Below are positions 1 to 10,145 of a stretch of 64,000 nt of DNA, piece after piece. Each line of letters begins with the position of its first letter. Position 1 is the first letter of the stretch. Below the pieces are notes generated by a model. It did no database searches. It was not told where the DNA came from and saw only the letters and a program-made list of their open reading frames with translations. The position numbers and the translations under genes were made by a program. Source of the stretch: an uncultured Planctomycetota bacterium (GTDB taxonomy: Bacteria > Planctomycetota > Planctomycetia > Isosphaerales > Isosphaeraceae); contig CAWJTV010000006.1 of NCBI GenBank assembly GCA_963845755.1, positions 32,001-96,000 of the forward strand. Reading direction: 5' to 3'.

Positions 1-1955
1 TCCGACCGAAGTATGGGCAAGGATGGCAGCCCGGGCTCGATCCCCGTCCAAGGCAGGCTGACAGCCGCGGTCTTGGAGAGGATGAGTCAACATGATTACA
101 TCTCAACGGAGGTCAGCCCTGAGCCCTCCCGTCACCCGCCATTTCGAGTTCACCCGGTTTCAGGATGAGGCGATCGCGCTGGCATACCAGGCCTTGATCC
201 CGGTCGTTTCTCGCCACCGGGAACGGTCGCGATCGCGATCTCACGACAACGAGCAGGCCACCACAACGATGCAGGGACTCCGATCAAAGGCCAGAGGAGC
301 TTGACCCGTCATGCTCAATTGCGATCTCTGTGTGGGGACCTATGGCCGGGTCTCCGGGGACCAACAGTCCAAGGAGGACACGATCGCCAGCCAGCTTGAG
401 GCGATCAGGCAGCGCGTCGCGAGCGACGGCTTGGTATGCTCCCCCGAGCTGTGCTTCGTGGACGATGGCTACACCGGGGATACCCTGGTCCACCCGGGCC
501 TCGAACGACTTCGGGACCAGGCCGCTGCTGGGACCATCGATCGCCTCTACATTCTCGATCCCGATCGACTTTCACGCAAATATGCCTATCAGGTTTTGAT
601 ACTCGAGGAACTGGCCCGGTGCGGCGTTGAGGTCGTCTTCCTGCACTCCCCTGGGCCACGGACCCGAAGAGAACCTGCTTGTGCAGGTCCAGGGCATGAT
701 CGCCGAATACGAGCGTGCCAAGATCATGGAGCGGTGTCGCCGAGGCAAGCAGTACGCCGCCCGCCACGGCTCGGTCAACGTGCTCAGCGGCGCGCCGTAT
801 GGCTACCGCTACATCGGCAAGCATGAGGGCGGCGGCGCGGCGCGTTATCAGGTCGTGGCCGACAAGGCGCGGATCGTGCGGAAGATCTTCGGGTGGGTCG
901 GCCAGGAACGATGCTCGATCGGTGAGGTTTGCCGACGTCTGCAACGCGACGGCGTCCCCACGCGGACGGGCAAATCGGCCTGGGACCGCTCGGTGATCTG
1001 GTCGTATCTCAGGAACCCTGCCTACAAGGGGACGGCCGGCTTCGGCAAGACGCCGCGCGGCGCCCTCAAGCCGAAGCGGCTGCGAGCGCAACGCGGCCGT
1101 CCTGAGCAGCCCCGGCGTCCTGTCTCTCGGGTCGATACATCCGCGCAAGAACAAATCTTCATCGATGTCCCCGGTTTGGTGAGCGAGGAACTCTTCGGGA
1201 CGGTTCAAGCTCAACTCGAGGAGAACCGGCAACGCCGGCGCGAACGGCTCCGTGGCGACCGCTATCTCCTCCAGGGGTTAGTTGTCTGCAAACGGTGCGG
1301 CTACGGCTGCTACGGCAAGCCGGTGAGCCGGGCCTCGGCCAAGGGGAAGGTCCCCTACGCCTACTACCGCTGCACCGGCTCCGACGCCTATCGTTTCGGT
1401 GGCCAGCGACTGTGTTGGAACAAGCAGGTCCGCACGGATGTCTTGGACGCCGCCGTCTGGGAAGATGTGCGTCATCTCTTGTCCGAGCCCGAACGGGTTC
1501 GAGTGGAGTACGAACGGCGGCGGCACGGGCCGGAGACAGGCCCAGACCGCGAGGTGAAGCATCTCAACAAATTGATTGCGAATCTAAAAAAGATGATCGC
1601 TCGATTGATCGATGCCTACGGCGAGGGATTACTTAACAAGTCGGAGTTCGAGCCGAGGATCTTGGCAGCGCGCGAGCGCCTGGCCAAACTAGAGGATGAG
1701 TGTCGGCAGCAGATTGACGAGGCCAACCAGGAAGCCGAACTGCGGCTGGTGATCGGCCAGTTGGAGGAGTTCGCGAGACGCGTTTCCCAGGAGTTGCACG
1801 AGCCGGACTGGGCCACGCGACGGGCGATCGTTCGGGCTTTGGTGAAGCAGGTCGAGATCGACGAGCAGGAGGTCCGCATCGTGTATCGGATCAGTCCGTC
1901 CCCTTTTGAGGGAGGCCCCCAACAGGGTTCTTTGCAACATTGTTGGGGGCGTGAT
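1..1955 (+). mobile_element. LSR element 1 (left end outside window), inserted antisense into group II intron RT at the PQGSPI motif
   Basis: Minus-strand RT frame reads ...GRGSPQGSPI, then departs from the expected SPLL at ~1947-1955, where the LSR C-terminal coding sequence ends; exact junction unresolved. Confidence 0.75.
92..304 (+). CDS. small accessory ORF upstream of LSR1
   Basis: 70 aa ORF, purine-rich GAGAGGA upstream, stop 6 nt before the recombinase ATG. Confidence 0.5.
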   Translation: MITSQRRSALSPPVTRHFEFTRFQDEAIALAYQALIPVVSRHRERSRSRSHDNEQATTTMQGLRSKARGA

Positions 1956-2204
1956 CGGCGAGCCCTGGGGGCTCCCTCTCCCCTCGTCCTTGTTCCGGGT
2001 GGTCCGATGACGATGGCCCCGCGCGTCGGTCTCTTCCACCGGTGCCTCCAGCCACATCTTGATCAGCTTCAGGACGAAGCGGTCGCTGATGCGCCGGGAC
2101 AGCGATTTCATCAACTCGGCATGGGGTATCGCGTCGAACGAAACCCTACCTTGATACCTCATTCAACAAGCCACTCGCGTCCACGCCCGAGGAGATCGAG
2201 GTAA
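311..2204 (+). CDS. large serine recombinase LSR1 (one frameshift near 655)
   Basis: YGRVS catalytic motif, DDGYTG, DRLSR, GAPYGY, YLLQGLVVCKRCG and YYRC zinc ribbon, coiled coil; ORFs 311..826 and 627..2204 join; recombinase-like sequence ends ~1950 (QHCWGR). Confidence 0.92.
1953..2138 (-). pseudogene. ltrA: group II intron RT, middle fragment (FDAIPH...PQGSPI)
   Basis: FDAIPHAELMKSLSRRISDRFVLKLIKMWLEAPV...GSPQGSPI = RT subdomains 3-4. Confidence 0.92.
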
Positions 2205-2476
2205 CCGACCCGACTCATCCCCTCTTCGGTCGCCACTTCCCCGTCCTCTCGGTCTGCCGGCCACCCCACGGCACCCCGTTCGTGCTCGTGGCCTATCGCG
2301 ACGCGATGCGGCTGCGCATCCCACTGTCTTCGACCAGCCTGGCACCGAGCCCGATCCACCCTCCTCGGACAAGATGGACCGCGGAAGCCATCCAGGAACT
2401 TCTTTCCTTGGTCACGGAGGGTGACACGTCATGCCCCAAGCCCAAGACGTCTGGTCAGTGCTCCCGTCAGCCCTGA
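2135..2476 (+). CDS. start-less accessory ORF of LSR element 2 (EVTDPTHPLFGRHF motif); 116 aa when completed in the circle
   Basis: Open frame from the att core to TGA 2476; in-frame RBS and ATG lie at 4570-4586 at the other end of the element. Confidence 0.7.
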   Translation, partial: RTKPYLDTSFNKPLASTPEEIEVTDPTHPLFGRHFPVLSVCRPPHGTPFVLVAYRDAMRLRIPLSSTSLAPSPIHPPRTRWTAEAIQELLSLVTEGDTSCPKPKTSGQCSRQP

Positions 2477-2664
2477 GACAGCAGGTGATCGACGACATCA
2501 CGGCCATCTACGCGGAGGTTATCCATGAGCATTTCCGAACACATTACCCCGTTCCATCTCGGCCGCAAGGCCCTGATCTATGTCCGCCAGTCCAACCCAC
2601 ATCAGGTCCTCACCCACCAGGAGAGCCGTCGTCTTCAGTACGCCCTCCAGCAGCGGGCTCGTGA
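2431..2664 (+). CDS. small ORF overlapping the LSR2 start
   Basis: GGAGG RBS then MPQAQDVWSVLPSALRQQVIDDITAIYAEVIH; overlaps both neighbours. Confidence 0.45.
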   Translation: MPQAQDVWSVLPSALRQQVIDDITAIYAEVIHEHFRTHYPVPSRPQGPDLCPPVQPTSGPHPPGEPSSSVRPPAAGS

Positions 2665-4571
2665 GTGTGGCTGGGCGGCCCGAGGACATCGAGATCATCG
2701 ACGCCGACCTCGGCCAGACGGCCAGCACCACTCAAGGCCGGCAGGGATTCCAGGAGATCGTCACTCGGGTCACCCTCGACCAGGTCGGCATCATCTTCTC
2801 TTATGATGTCACCCGACTGTCACGCAACTGCACCGAATGGTACCCAGTCCTCGACCTCTGTGGATTCCGCCGTTGCCTCATCGGCGACCGAGACGGGATC
2901 TACGACCCCGCTACAATCAACGGTCGCCTCTTGCTCGGGCTGAAGGGCCAGATCTCCGAGCTGGAGCTTCATACGATCAAGGCTCGCTTGACGGCCGGCC
3001 TGCTCAACAAGGCACAGCGCGGCGAGCTGGCCCTGTCCCTCCCCGTGGGACTAACACGCGACCCACTGGGCCGCGTCGTGAAGCGACCGGATCGCGAAGT
3101 CCAGGACCGCCTCGACCTCGTCTTCGCCACCTTTCTCCGCATCCGCACCCTCAGTGGGGTCGTCCGTGCATTTCGAGATGAGGACTTGTTGCTACCTCGA
3201 CATGACGACTTCGGCGAAGTCGTCTGGCGCCGCCCAACCGTCCCCTCCGTCCGCTCCATCCTGAAGAACCCGGCGTACGCCGGGTCATTCGTCTACGGCC
3301 GCACCCGGACCGTGAGAGACGGCCCGGGCCGTCGGCCGGTCCAGAAGCCGTTGCCGATGTCCGAGTGGCGAATCCATATCCGGGATATCTATCCCCCCTA
3401 CATCGATTGGGCCACTTATGAGAAGATCCAGGGCATGATCCGCGACAACCACAGCGAATACGATCGGAACCAGACCCGGGGTGTCCCCCGGCCGGGGAAG
3501 GCCCTGCTCCACGGGCTCGTCGCCTGCGGCGAGTGCGGCCACAAGCTGACAGTGCAGTACAAGTTCAAGACGCAATATATTTGCAACTCGATGTGGAAAC
3601 AGCACCGCGCTCCGGTCTGCCAGCGGCTCCCTGCGGACCCGATCGATGACCACGTCGTCCGCCGCTTCTTCGAGGCGTTAGCCCCCGCGGAGTTGGACGT
3701 CTACGACCGGGTCCGGGCCTCGCTCTCGGAAGAACAAGAGCAGATCGGGCGGGCGCGACGGCAGCAACTCGATCGGCTCCGCTACCAGGCTCGACTCGCC
3801 GAGCATCAGTACCAAAAGGCCGACCCCGACAACCGCCTCGTGGCCGCCGAGCTGGAGCGCCGATGGGAGGTGGCTCTGCGGGAGTTGAAAGAGGCCGAAG
3901 AGGCATGGGAACGCGAGCAACACGAACAAGCGACACTGGAGCGTCTCGACCCCGAGACACGGCGGGCACTTACCGAAGCCGGGGAACGAATCCCGGAATG
4001 GTGGCGGGCCGACCGTTTCTCGCAGGAACAGAAGAAGGCGCTACTCCGGAGCCTGATCGACAAGGTCGTCGTCCAACGTACGGCGCCGGACATCGTGCGC
4101 TGCCGGGTTGTCTGGAAGGGAGGTGAGACGACGGACGCCGACCTCGCGGTCACAGTCGGTGCCTGGTCACGCCTGTCAGGCGGCCAAGTGATGGAGCAGA
4201 CGATCCTGGAACTGGCCCGGCAAGGAAAGACCGACCAGGAGATCGCCCGGAGATTGACCGAGGAAGGCCACCGTTCGCCACGGCATGCAATCGTCCTGCC
4301 GAGTACGGTCCAGGCCATCCGTCTGCACCATCGCCTGTACCGCGACCGGAGACGAGCACATCCGCGGCGGATCGCGGGGTTCCTGACCGTGCCGCAACTC
4401 GCCTCGAAGTTGAAGCTTCCCCGAAGCTGGATCTACGACCGCATCCACAATTGCAAGATTCAAGTTGATCTCGATGCCACATGGAAGCTCTATCTGTTCC
4501 CCGACAACCCTGAGACTCTCACCCGGTTTCGGCAACTCGTGGCTGGGAAGCTCAACACCTTACGTTTTTAG
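2525..4571 (+). CDS. large serine recombinase LSR2 with C-terminal HTH-like extensions (frameshift near 2675)
   Basis: YVRQS, DADLG, TRLSRN, LLHGLVACGECG, DPDNRLVAAELERRW; GGAGG RBS before ATG 2525. Confidence 0.92.
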
Positions 4572-4591
4572 GAGGGCATCAAGATGCCGTC

Positions 4592-5109
4592 TCGAAGTAA
4601 CCGGAAAGATCGCCGTCGACCACCTCGGTATGCCCGTTCCGGACCAGCCGTTCGACTTGCCTCACGGCGTCGAGGGCGCTCCGTCCTGGGCGATACCCGT
4701 ATTGCTCCGGCTCCAGGTCGGCCTCGAAGATCGGCTCCAAGACCAGCACCGCGGCCATCTGCGCTACGCGGTCCTTGATGCAGGGAATCCCCAGCGGCCT
4801 TTGCTTGCCATCCGGTTTAGGGATGTACACGCGTCGGATCGGCTGGGGTGAGTACGTCCGCTTCTTGAGGTCGTCCGCCAATTCGTCCAGCCATCGGTCC
4901 AGTCCGTATGCTTCGATGTCGTCGAACGTCTGGCCATCGACCCCGGCGGCGCCACCGTTGGCACGGCAGCGGGCGTAGGCTTCCTCCAGGACGTCGCGGC
5001 GATAGACCTTGTCATACAGCGCATAGAACCGATAGTCAGGCGACCCCTTCGCTTTGGTGTGCAACGCCGTCTGGAGTTTCTGAACCGTCGGTGGAGGTGC
5101 TAGGCTCAT
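4592..5109 (-). pseudogene. ltrA: group II intron RT, N-terminal fragment
   Basis: RFYALYDKV, GAAGVDG, RVYIPKPDGKQRPLGIP, DRVAQ, YGYRPGRS, VVDGDLSGYF. Confidence 0.95.
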
Positions 5110-5630
5110 TGCCAATCTCCTGGCTCTCATGCCCCTTGTGACGCTGACCTTGAACTGAGGCCCCTTTGCTCCGCCGGCGTTACCCGGCTTCCTCGCTCAT
5201 ACGGGCCTCTCCGCCACCTCGGGCGGCCCGACCTGGCCCTCGCGGGTTGTCGGTTGAGGGTCACGCGCCCTCACCGCCGAGGCTTCCCGTGTTGCGTCGG
5301 ATCTCCTCTGCAGGCATGCCACCGCCAATACCCCGGTGGAACCCTGGGAGCGTGTCGCGTCGTGAGGGGTAACCCCCTCTGTCTCCCAGGACGGCGGCCT
5401 TCCCCGTATAGCAACCGGGTCGGCTTCCACATCGGGTTGTTTCGGGGCTTGCACGGCGTTCACTGTCGTTGCGGCCTGCCTGCTCGCCGAACCGCCACAG
5501 CGGCCCGTTGTCTCGAAGGCTTCGACGGCTTTGTCACCTCCGCCGCCGCTCCGATCGCTACCGGATGGAGCGACCAGTTTTCCGGGCGGGATTCGCACCC
5601 GCTGAAGATCCGAGCCTTTTCACGGCGCAC

Positions 5631-5645
5631 TGCTATCGGAACCCC
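5631..5645 (-). repeat. outer 15 nt of a 38-bp GGGG-type (Tn3-like) terminal IR; 5' exon of the intron
   Basis: GGGGTTCCGATAGCA matches the IR at 30818-30855 at 14/15. Confidence 0.7.
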
Positions 5646-5770
5646 AGCCCGCGTTCGGTGAGTTGGTCCAACAAGGTATCCAGGAGGAGCTGTCCGGCTT
5701 GGCCATTGACCAGGCGAGCGCGGAACTCGCTGAGCACGGTGTGGTTGAACCCAGGATCGTCCAGTTCTAG

Positions 5771-7236
5771 TACTACTCCGTTAAAATTTCCATTTGTTGG
5801 GTGTAGAGATGAGCACAAGGGTGGCAATACGGACAATCCGGTCGCGCCCGTGGGCTCAGCAACCGCTGCAAGGCGCGACGGATCGCCGGCAAGGTGATCC
5901 GTCGCGCCTTATCCCCTTTTTTTCTCGGCACGGCCGGGTGCTCTTTCTCTCGAAGTTGTTCCAGGACCAGGAAACCGAACGCCAACATCACCAGGCAGAC
6001 ATGGTGATGGAAGCCGCGCCACGAACGGCCCTCGAAATGATCCAGACCCAACTCCTCCTTCATCTGTTGGTAGCCTTGCTCGACCGGCCATCGGCTCTTC
6101 CACAATCGGACCGCCCGCAGCCGCGGGGTGTCGGCCGGCAGGTTGCTGAAGGCGTACTTCAACGTGCCGTCGGCCTGCCGCTCGATCAACAGCCAAATCG
6201 GCTCGGCCCCGGCACAGTCGCCCGTGGCCCAGCCGCCGCCGGGCCAGACCCGCAACCAGGCGAAGTGGCCCGACAGCTTCCCTTTGGTCCCCTCGCGCCA
6301 GGTCACCTTGTGCAGGGTCGTCCGTGCCGCCAGGTCCTTCAGGCTCACGGGCCGGGGGGTACCCTCGGCCAACCGGGGCCGCCGCCGCGGCCGTCCGCCC
6401 GTCCCCTCAGGCCGCGCCGCTGGCCCGGGTGGCTCCCACTGAGGCTCGGCGGTGAAGACGACCATCTCGTCGGTGACACCCACGATGTACGCCAGCCCAC
6501 GAGCGGCCAACCCCTTGCGAAAGTCCTCCGAGACCCCGTAACCGGCGTCGGCCACGGCGAGCCACCCCGGCAGCCCTTCGCCGCGCACCATGTCCAGCAA
6601 TCCCAAGGCGATCTCGCCTTTGGTCTGGGCTCGACGGACGGCCTCCGGAACACCCGCCGCGCCCAGTCGCTTCGGATCCTGGATCCAGGAGTCGGGCAAG
6701 AACAGCCGCATTGCCAACGGATAATGGCCCTTGGGGCTAACGTAGTGGACCGAGGGGGCCACCTGGCAATTGGCCTTCTTGCCCAAGGCCCCGCAATATT
6801 GCCTCTGGACACCGACGGAGTGCTTCCCCTGCTTGGGGAAACCCGTGTCGTCGAAGACGAAGATCCCTTGGGGGCTGGCGAAGGTCTGGGCCAGGTGCTT
6901 TCGATAGTCGCGTGCGAGCTCCTGGTCGTCCCAGGGGCTCTGGTTGACGAACTGCTGGAGGGCCTGCTCCTTGTCCTTGACGTCCAGGTCCGGCGGGAGC
7001 GTGACGCGACCGGAGAGGGGCTCGATGCTCTTGCGTTCGCCGTCCTGGAGCAGCCCTTGGAGAGAGACCCCGCTCCAGGCGGCCTGCGCCTTGTGGGAGA
7101 AGCCATCGCGGAACACGTCCGCATAATCCCGAAGTCGCTCGAGGACTTCGGGCGTCAGTTCGGGGGTGTAAGTCTTGCTCATAATGATCATACGAACAAA
7201 GGCCCCGAGAAGTTCGTAGGATCTAACGGAGTAGTA
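5771..7236 (-). mobile_element. IS701-family element
   Basis: 13-bp perfect IRs TACTACTCCGTTA; CTAG duplicated at 5767-5770 and 7237-7240. Confidence 0.95.
5773..7191 (-). CDS. IS701-family transposase
   Basis: DDTGFPKQGKHSVGVQRQYCGALGKKANCQV, ADAGYG, RWPVEQGYQQMKEELGLDHFEGRSW. Confidence 0.95.
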   Translation of the reverse strand: MIIMSKTYTPELTPEVLERLRDYADVFRDGFSHKAQAAWSGVSLQGLLQDGERKSIEPLSGRVTLPPDLDVKDKEQALQQFVNQSPWDDQELARDYRKHLAQTFASPQGIFVFDDTGFPKQGKHSVGVQRQYCGALGKKANCQVAPSVHYVSPKGHYPLAMRLFLPDSWIQDPKRLGAAGVPEAVRRAQTKGEIALGLLDMVRGEGLPGWLAVADAGYGVSEDFRKGLAARGLAYIVGVTDEMVVFTAEPQWEPPGPAARPEGTGGRPRRRPRLAEGTPRPVSLKDLAARTTLHKVTWREGTKGKLSGHFAWLRVWPGGGWATGDCAGAEPIWLLIERQADGTLKYAFSNLPADTPRLRAVRLWKSRWPVEQGYQQMKEELGLDHFEGRSWRGFHHHVCLVMLAFGFLVLEQLREKEHPAVPRKKGDKARRITLPAIRRALQRLLSPRARPDCPYCHPCAHLYTQQMEILTE

Positions 7237-7239
7237 CTA

Positions 7240-8248
7240 GAGTCGCCTTACGTTTGCATTGCATACGCCGCACGGTGTCCGAACCAGCCCGCGATATCCT
7301 CGGGGAGTCACGTCATGCAAGGCCGAGACGAACGCCGCATAGACCGCCTCCTTCGTCCGCGCCGCCATCGATCGCATCGCACCTTTAATCTTCGAGGCCA
7401 TCTCCTCATAGGGCGTCAGGTCCGGACTCCACGGCGGCAACGGCACCAAGTCGGCCCCGGCCCCCGCGACAGCCTCGGCCGCCTCCTCCGACTGGTGCGA
7501 CGACAGGTTGTCCCAGATGACCACGTCGCCGGGCTTCAACTCCGGGACCAGGACATCCTCCACGTAGTTCTCGAACATGGCCTGATTGGTGGCGCCGGGA
7601 AGGCCAACGCCGCCGTCACCCCGGAGAGGCGAACCCCGCAGGTGAGCGTGATCGAATCCCAGTGGCCGGGGGTATCGGTGTAGACGCGCTGGCCCACCGG
7701 GGCACGGCCGTAGGTCCTCGTCATGGACGTGTTGGCCCCGCATTCGTCCACGAAAACCAGCCGGTGCGGGTCGATGCCGGAGAGGGCCTCACAGAAATCC
7801 CGCCGTTTCTCCTGGACCTCCGGGCGATCCTGCTCGTTGCGCGCGGGACCTTCTTCTTGCGCGGCAACCCCAGCTTGTCCAGGGCGCGACAGATGGCGGC
7901 GGTGCTGCAAGCGACGCCGAGGCGCTTTTGCAACTCTTCGAGGGTGGCGTCGGGCTGCTGGCGGACCAACTCGCGGAGCCGCTCGTAATCCTCCGGTCCC
8001 AGCGCCGGCGGATGACCGCCGCGGTGGGGCTTGGGCGCGATCGAGCCGGTCCGGCGGTGGATCTGCAACAAGCGAACGACGAACGAGAGGCTGACGACGA
8101 AGCGGCGAGCGATCTGACGGATCGAGCCCTCGCCGCGCTCGACCGCGTCCAGGACGCGTTGTCGGAGATCGTGGGAATACGGGGACATGGGTCACCTCCT
8201 CACGAGAATCTCCGTTCAAATCGTATGCCATCCAACCGTTCGGCGCTC
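7240..8248 (-). mobile_element. IS630-family element, copy 1 (split transposase 8188 to ~7250)
   Basis: TA flanks; YSHDLRQRV HTH, FVDECG, IWDNLSSH, LPPWSPDLTPYE; near-identical to 24033-25041. Confidence 0.93.
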
Positions 8249-8399
8249 TAAGGCCAGGGCGTACTTCCAGTCGATGCGGCCGCGGACGGCATCGGCGGCC
8301 TGGCGGTCGGAGAGGCCCTCGAGGTATTGGAGGACACAGACCCAAGCCAGGCGTGCGGGTGAGGCGGCCGGCTGACCACGAGTGGGGAACAGCGCGGCG

Positions 8400-8810
8400 A
8401 AGCGGTACGTCGCCGGCTCGATCCACTGGCGGACCGGGACGGTCTTCGCCACCTGTGGGCCGAAGCGAGATGCGAAGCTCTTCCTGGCCCATCTGGAGGA
8501 CCTGCGGCATCGGCTGAGGCGCTATCGGAAGGTCCATGTGATCTGCGACTGCGCCAAGTTCCATCACATCGACGAGGTGCGGGTCTACCTTTGGGAGCAC
8601 CGCGATCGGATCGAACTGGTGATGCTGCCGGCGTACAGCCCGGACGCTAATCCGATGGAGCGGGTCTGGTGGCTGGTGCGGGAGCATGTCACGCGGAACC
8701 ATCGGTGGCACGACTCGGCGAAATTGGTGGGGATGGTCATGCGGTATCTGGAGTCGGAAGCGCCCTTCCGGCTTGAGGATGAGGAATACAAGATCCCCAG
8801 GGCCGCGTAA
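8400..8810 (+). pseudogene. C-terminal part of another IS630-family transposase
   Basis: VICDCAKFH, LPAYSPDANPMERVW; 5' part missing, abuts the IS1182 remnant. Confidence 0.85.
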
Positions 8811-9081
8811 TTACTTGCCCTCTTGCGAGGACCTATTTAGAATGATGCCACACCTCGACGTTCAGCCGCCGGGTCACGGCCGTTCCCAGGTCATCGGCAA
8901 GATTCGCGCCCCGGCCGACCGGAGACGAGATGACTCTTTTGTCAGCTTGCGCACATGTCAGGCCGCCCGTTCTCCGCTCCGGTCGGTGAATGGATCGGCC
9001 GGATCGAGGGGCGATGAATCGCGTAGGACCGTCGGCCCACGAGGCCAACAACCCTAAGGACCTTCATCAGGGCGAGTCAGG

Positions 9082-10145
9082 ATGAAGACGATCCCCACCG
9101 AGCCGATCGGCAGCATTCCCAGGCCCCTGAGCCTGATCGGGGCGCTCGCGGAGACCGACGGCACAGACCCGGCGCTCGATCCGCTCTACGACGAGGCGAT
9201 CCGCGACACGATCGAGCGATTCGAAGCCACCGGCTCGCCGGTGATCACCGACGGCGAGCAGCGGAAGTACCACAATTTCTGGACGTACTGCGTGCAGGGG
9301 CTGCCGAACACCGCCCCGGACGGTTTCAAGATCCCGTTCTCGGCCGGCCATACGCGCCGGATGCTGCGGCTGACCGCCGGGCCGTTCCGCTACCGCCGGC
9401 ACGCCGACAGCTACCTCGAGGCGGCGCTGAAATACGCCAGCAGGCCGGTGAAGCAGGCGGTCATCTCGCCCTCGGCCCTGAGCCTGATGTACCCGCCCGA
9501 TGAGATCCCCGGCTATCCGCGCCAGCGATTCATCGAGGACCTGTTGCGCGAGCACGAGACCGAGGTCCGCAACTGCCTGCGCAAGGGCGCCCACTCGGTC
9601 CAGGTCGACTTCACCGAGGGGCGGCTGGCCGTCAAGATCGACCCGTCCGGGGAGCTCCTCCACCGCTTCATCGACCTGAACAACCTGGCGCTCACGCGGT
9701 TTTCCGCCGAGGACCGCCGGCGGATCGGCGTCCACACGTGCCCGGGCAGCGACCGCGACTCCACGCACAGCGGCGACGTGGACTACGCGCTGCTGCTGCC
9801 CAGCCTGTTCCAGCTCCGGGTGGGGAACTTCTACGTCGCCCTAGCGGGCGAAACGGACCGCGGCCGCGTCCTGGAGATCATCCGTCGGCACGTCAAGCCG
9901 GGGCACCGGATCTTCGTCGGAGTCATCGACCCGATCGACCCGCGGGTCGAGACGCCGGAGGAAGTCCGCGACCGCGTGCTGGAGGCGGCGCGGTACATCC
10001 CGGTCGATCAGCTCGTCACGTGCGACGACTGCGGCTTCTCGCCTTTCTGCGACGACACGACGACCACACGCGAGACGGCGTTCGAGAAGATCCGGGCGCG
10101 GGTCGTCGGCACCGCGCTCGCTGCGGAACGGCTCGGGGGGGATGA
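9082..10145 (+). CDS. cobalamin-independent methionine synthase II family protein (MetE C-terminal barrel only)
   Basis: IGSIPRP, ITDGEQ, GVHTCPG and DDCGF zinc-ligand motifs, GVIDP; stop TGA 10143-10145 is out of frame, likely from an indel in a G7 run. Confidence 0.85.

Larger units (their letters stand above)
2139..4596 (+). mobile_element. LSR element 2 (2458 bp), complete, core TCGAA repeated at 2134-2138 and 4592-4596
   Basis: Removal restores RT GAT CTT TCC GGT TAC TTC GAC GCG ATA CCC CAT (DLSGYFDAIPH); the end-join has IR ATCAAG...CTTGAT centred on the core AA. Confidence 0.92.
1953..5630 (-). mobile_element. group II intron, 5' part (3' part outside window), disrupted by two LSR elements
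   Basis: 5' end GTGCGCCGTG at 5630; EBS1 loop TGCTAT (5408-5413) in CCCG/CGGG stem matches 5' exon ATAGCA; RT ORF follows. Confidence 0.9.
5646..8403 (-). pseudogene. IS1182-family transposase remnant in two pieces (8251-8403, 5646-5769)
   Basis: FPTRGQPA...LSDRQAADAVRGRIDWKYALAL + ELDDPGFNHTVLSEFRARL rejoin in frame after removing IS630 and IS701. Confidence 0.88.

Noticed and set aside
4584..4778. 64-aa ORF with a strong RBS
   Set aside because: Only the first codons belong to element 2; the rest is antisense RT sequence.
5794..7683. Long antisense ORFs (also 14970..16721, 25147..26751, 44408..46081, 53088..55145)
   Set aside because: Shadows of real genes on the opposite strand in GC-rich DNA; no motifs.
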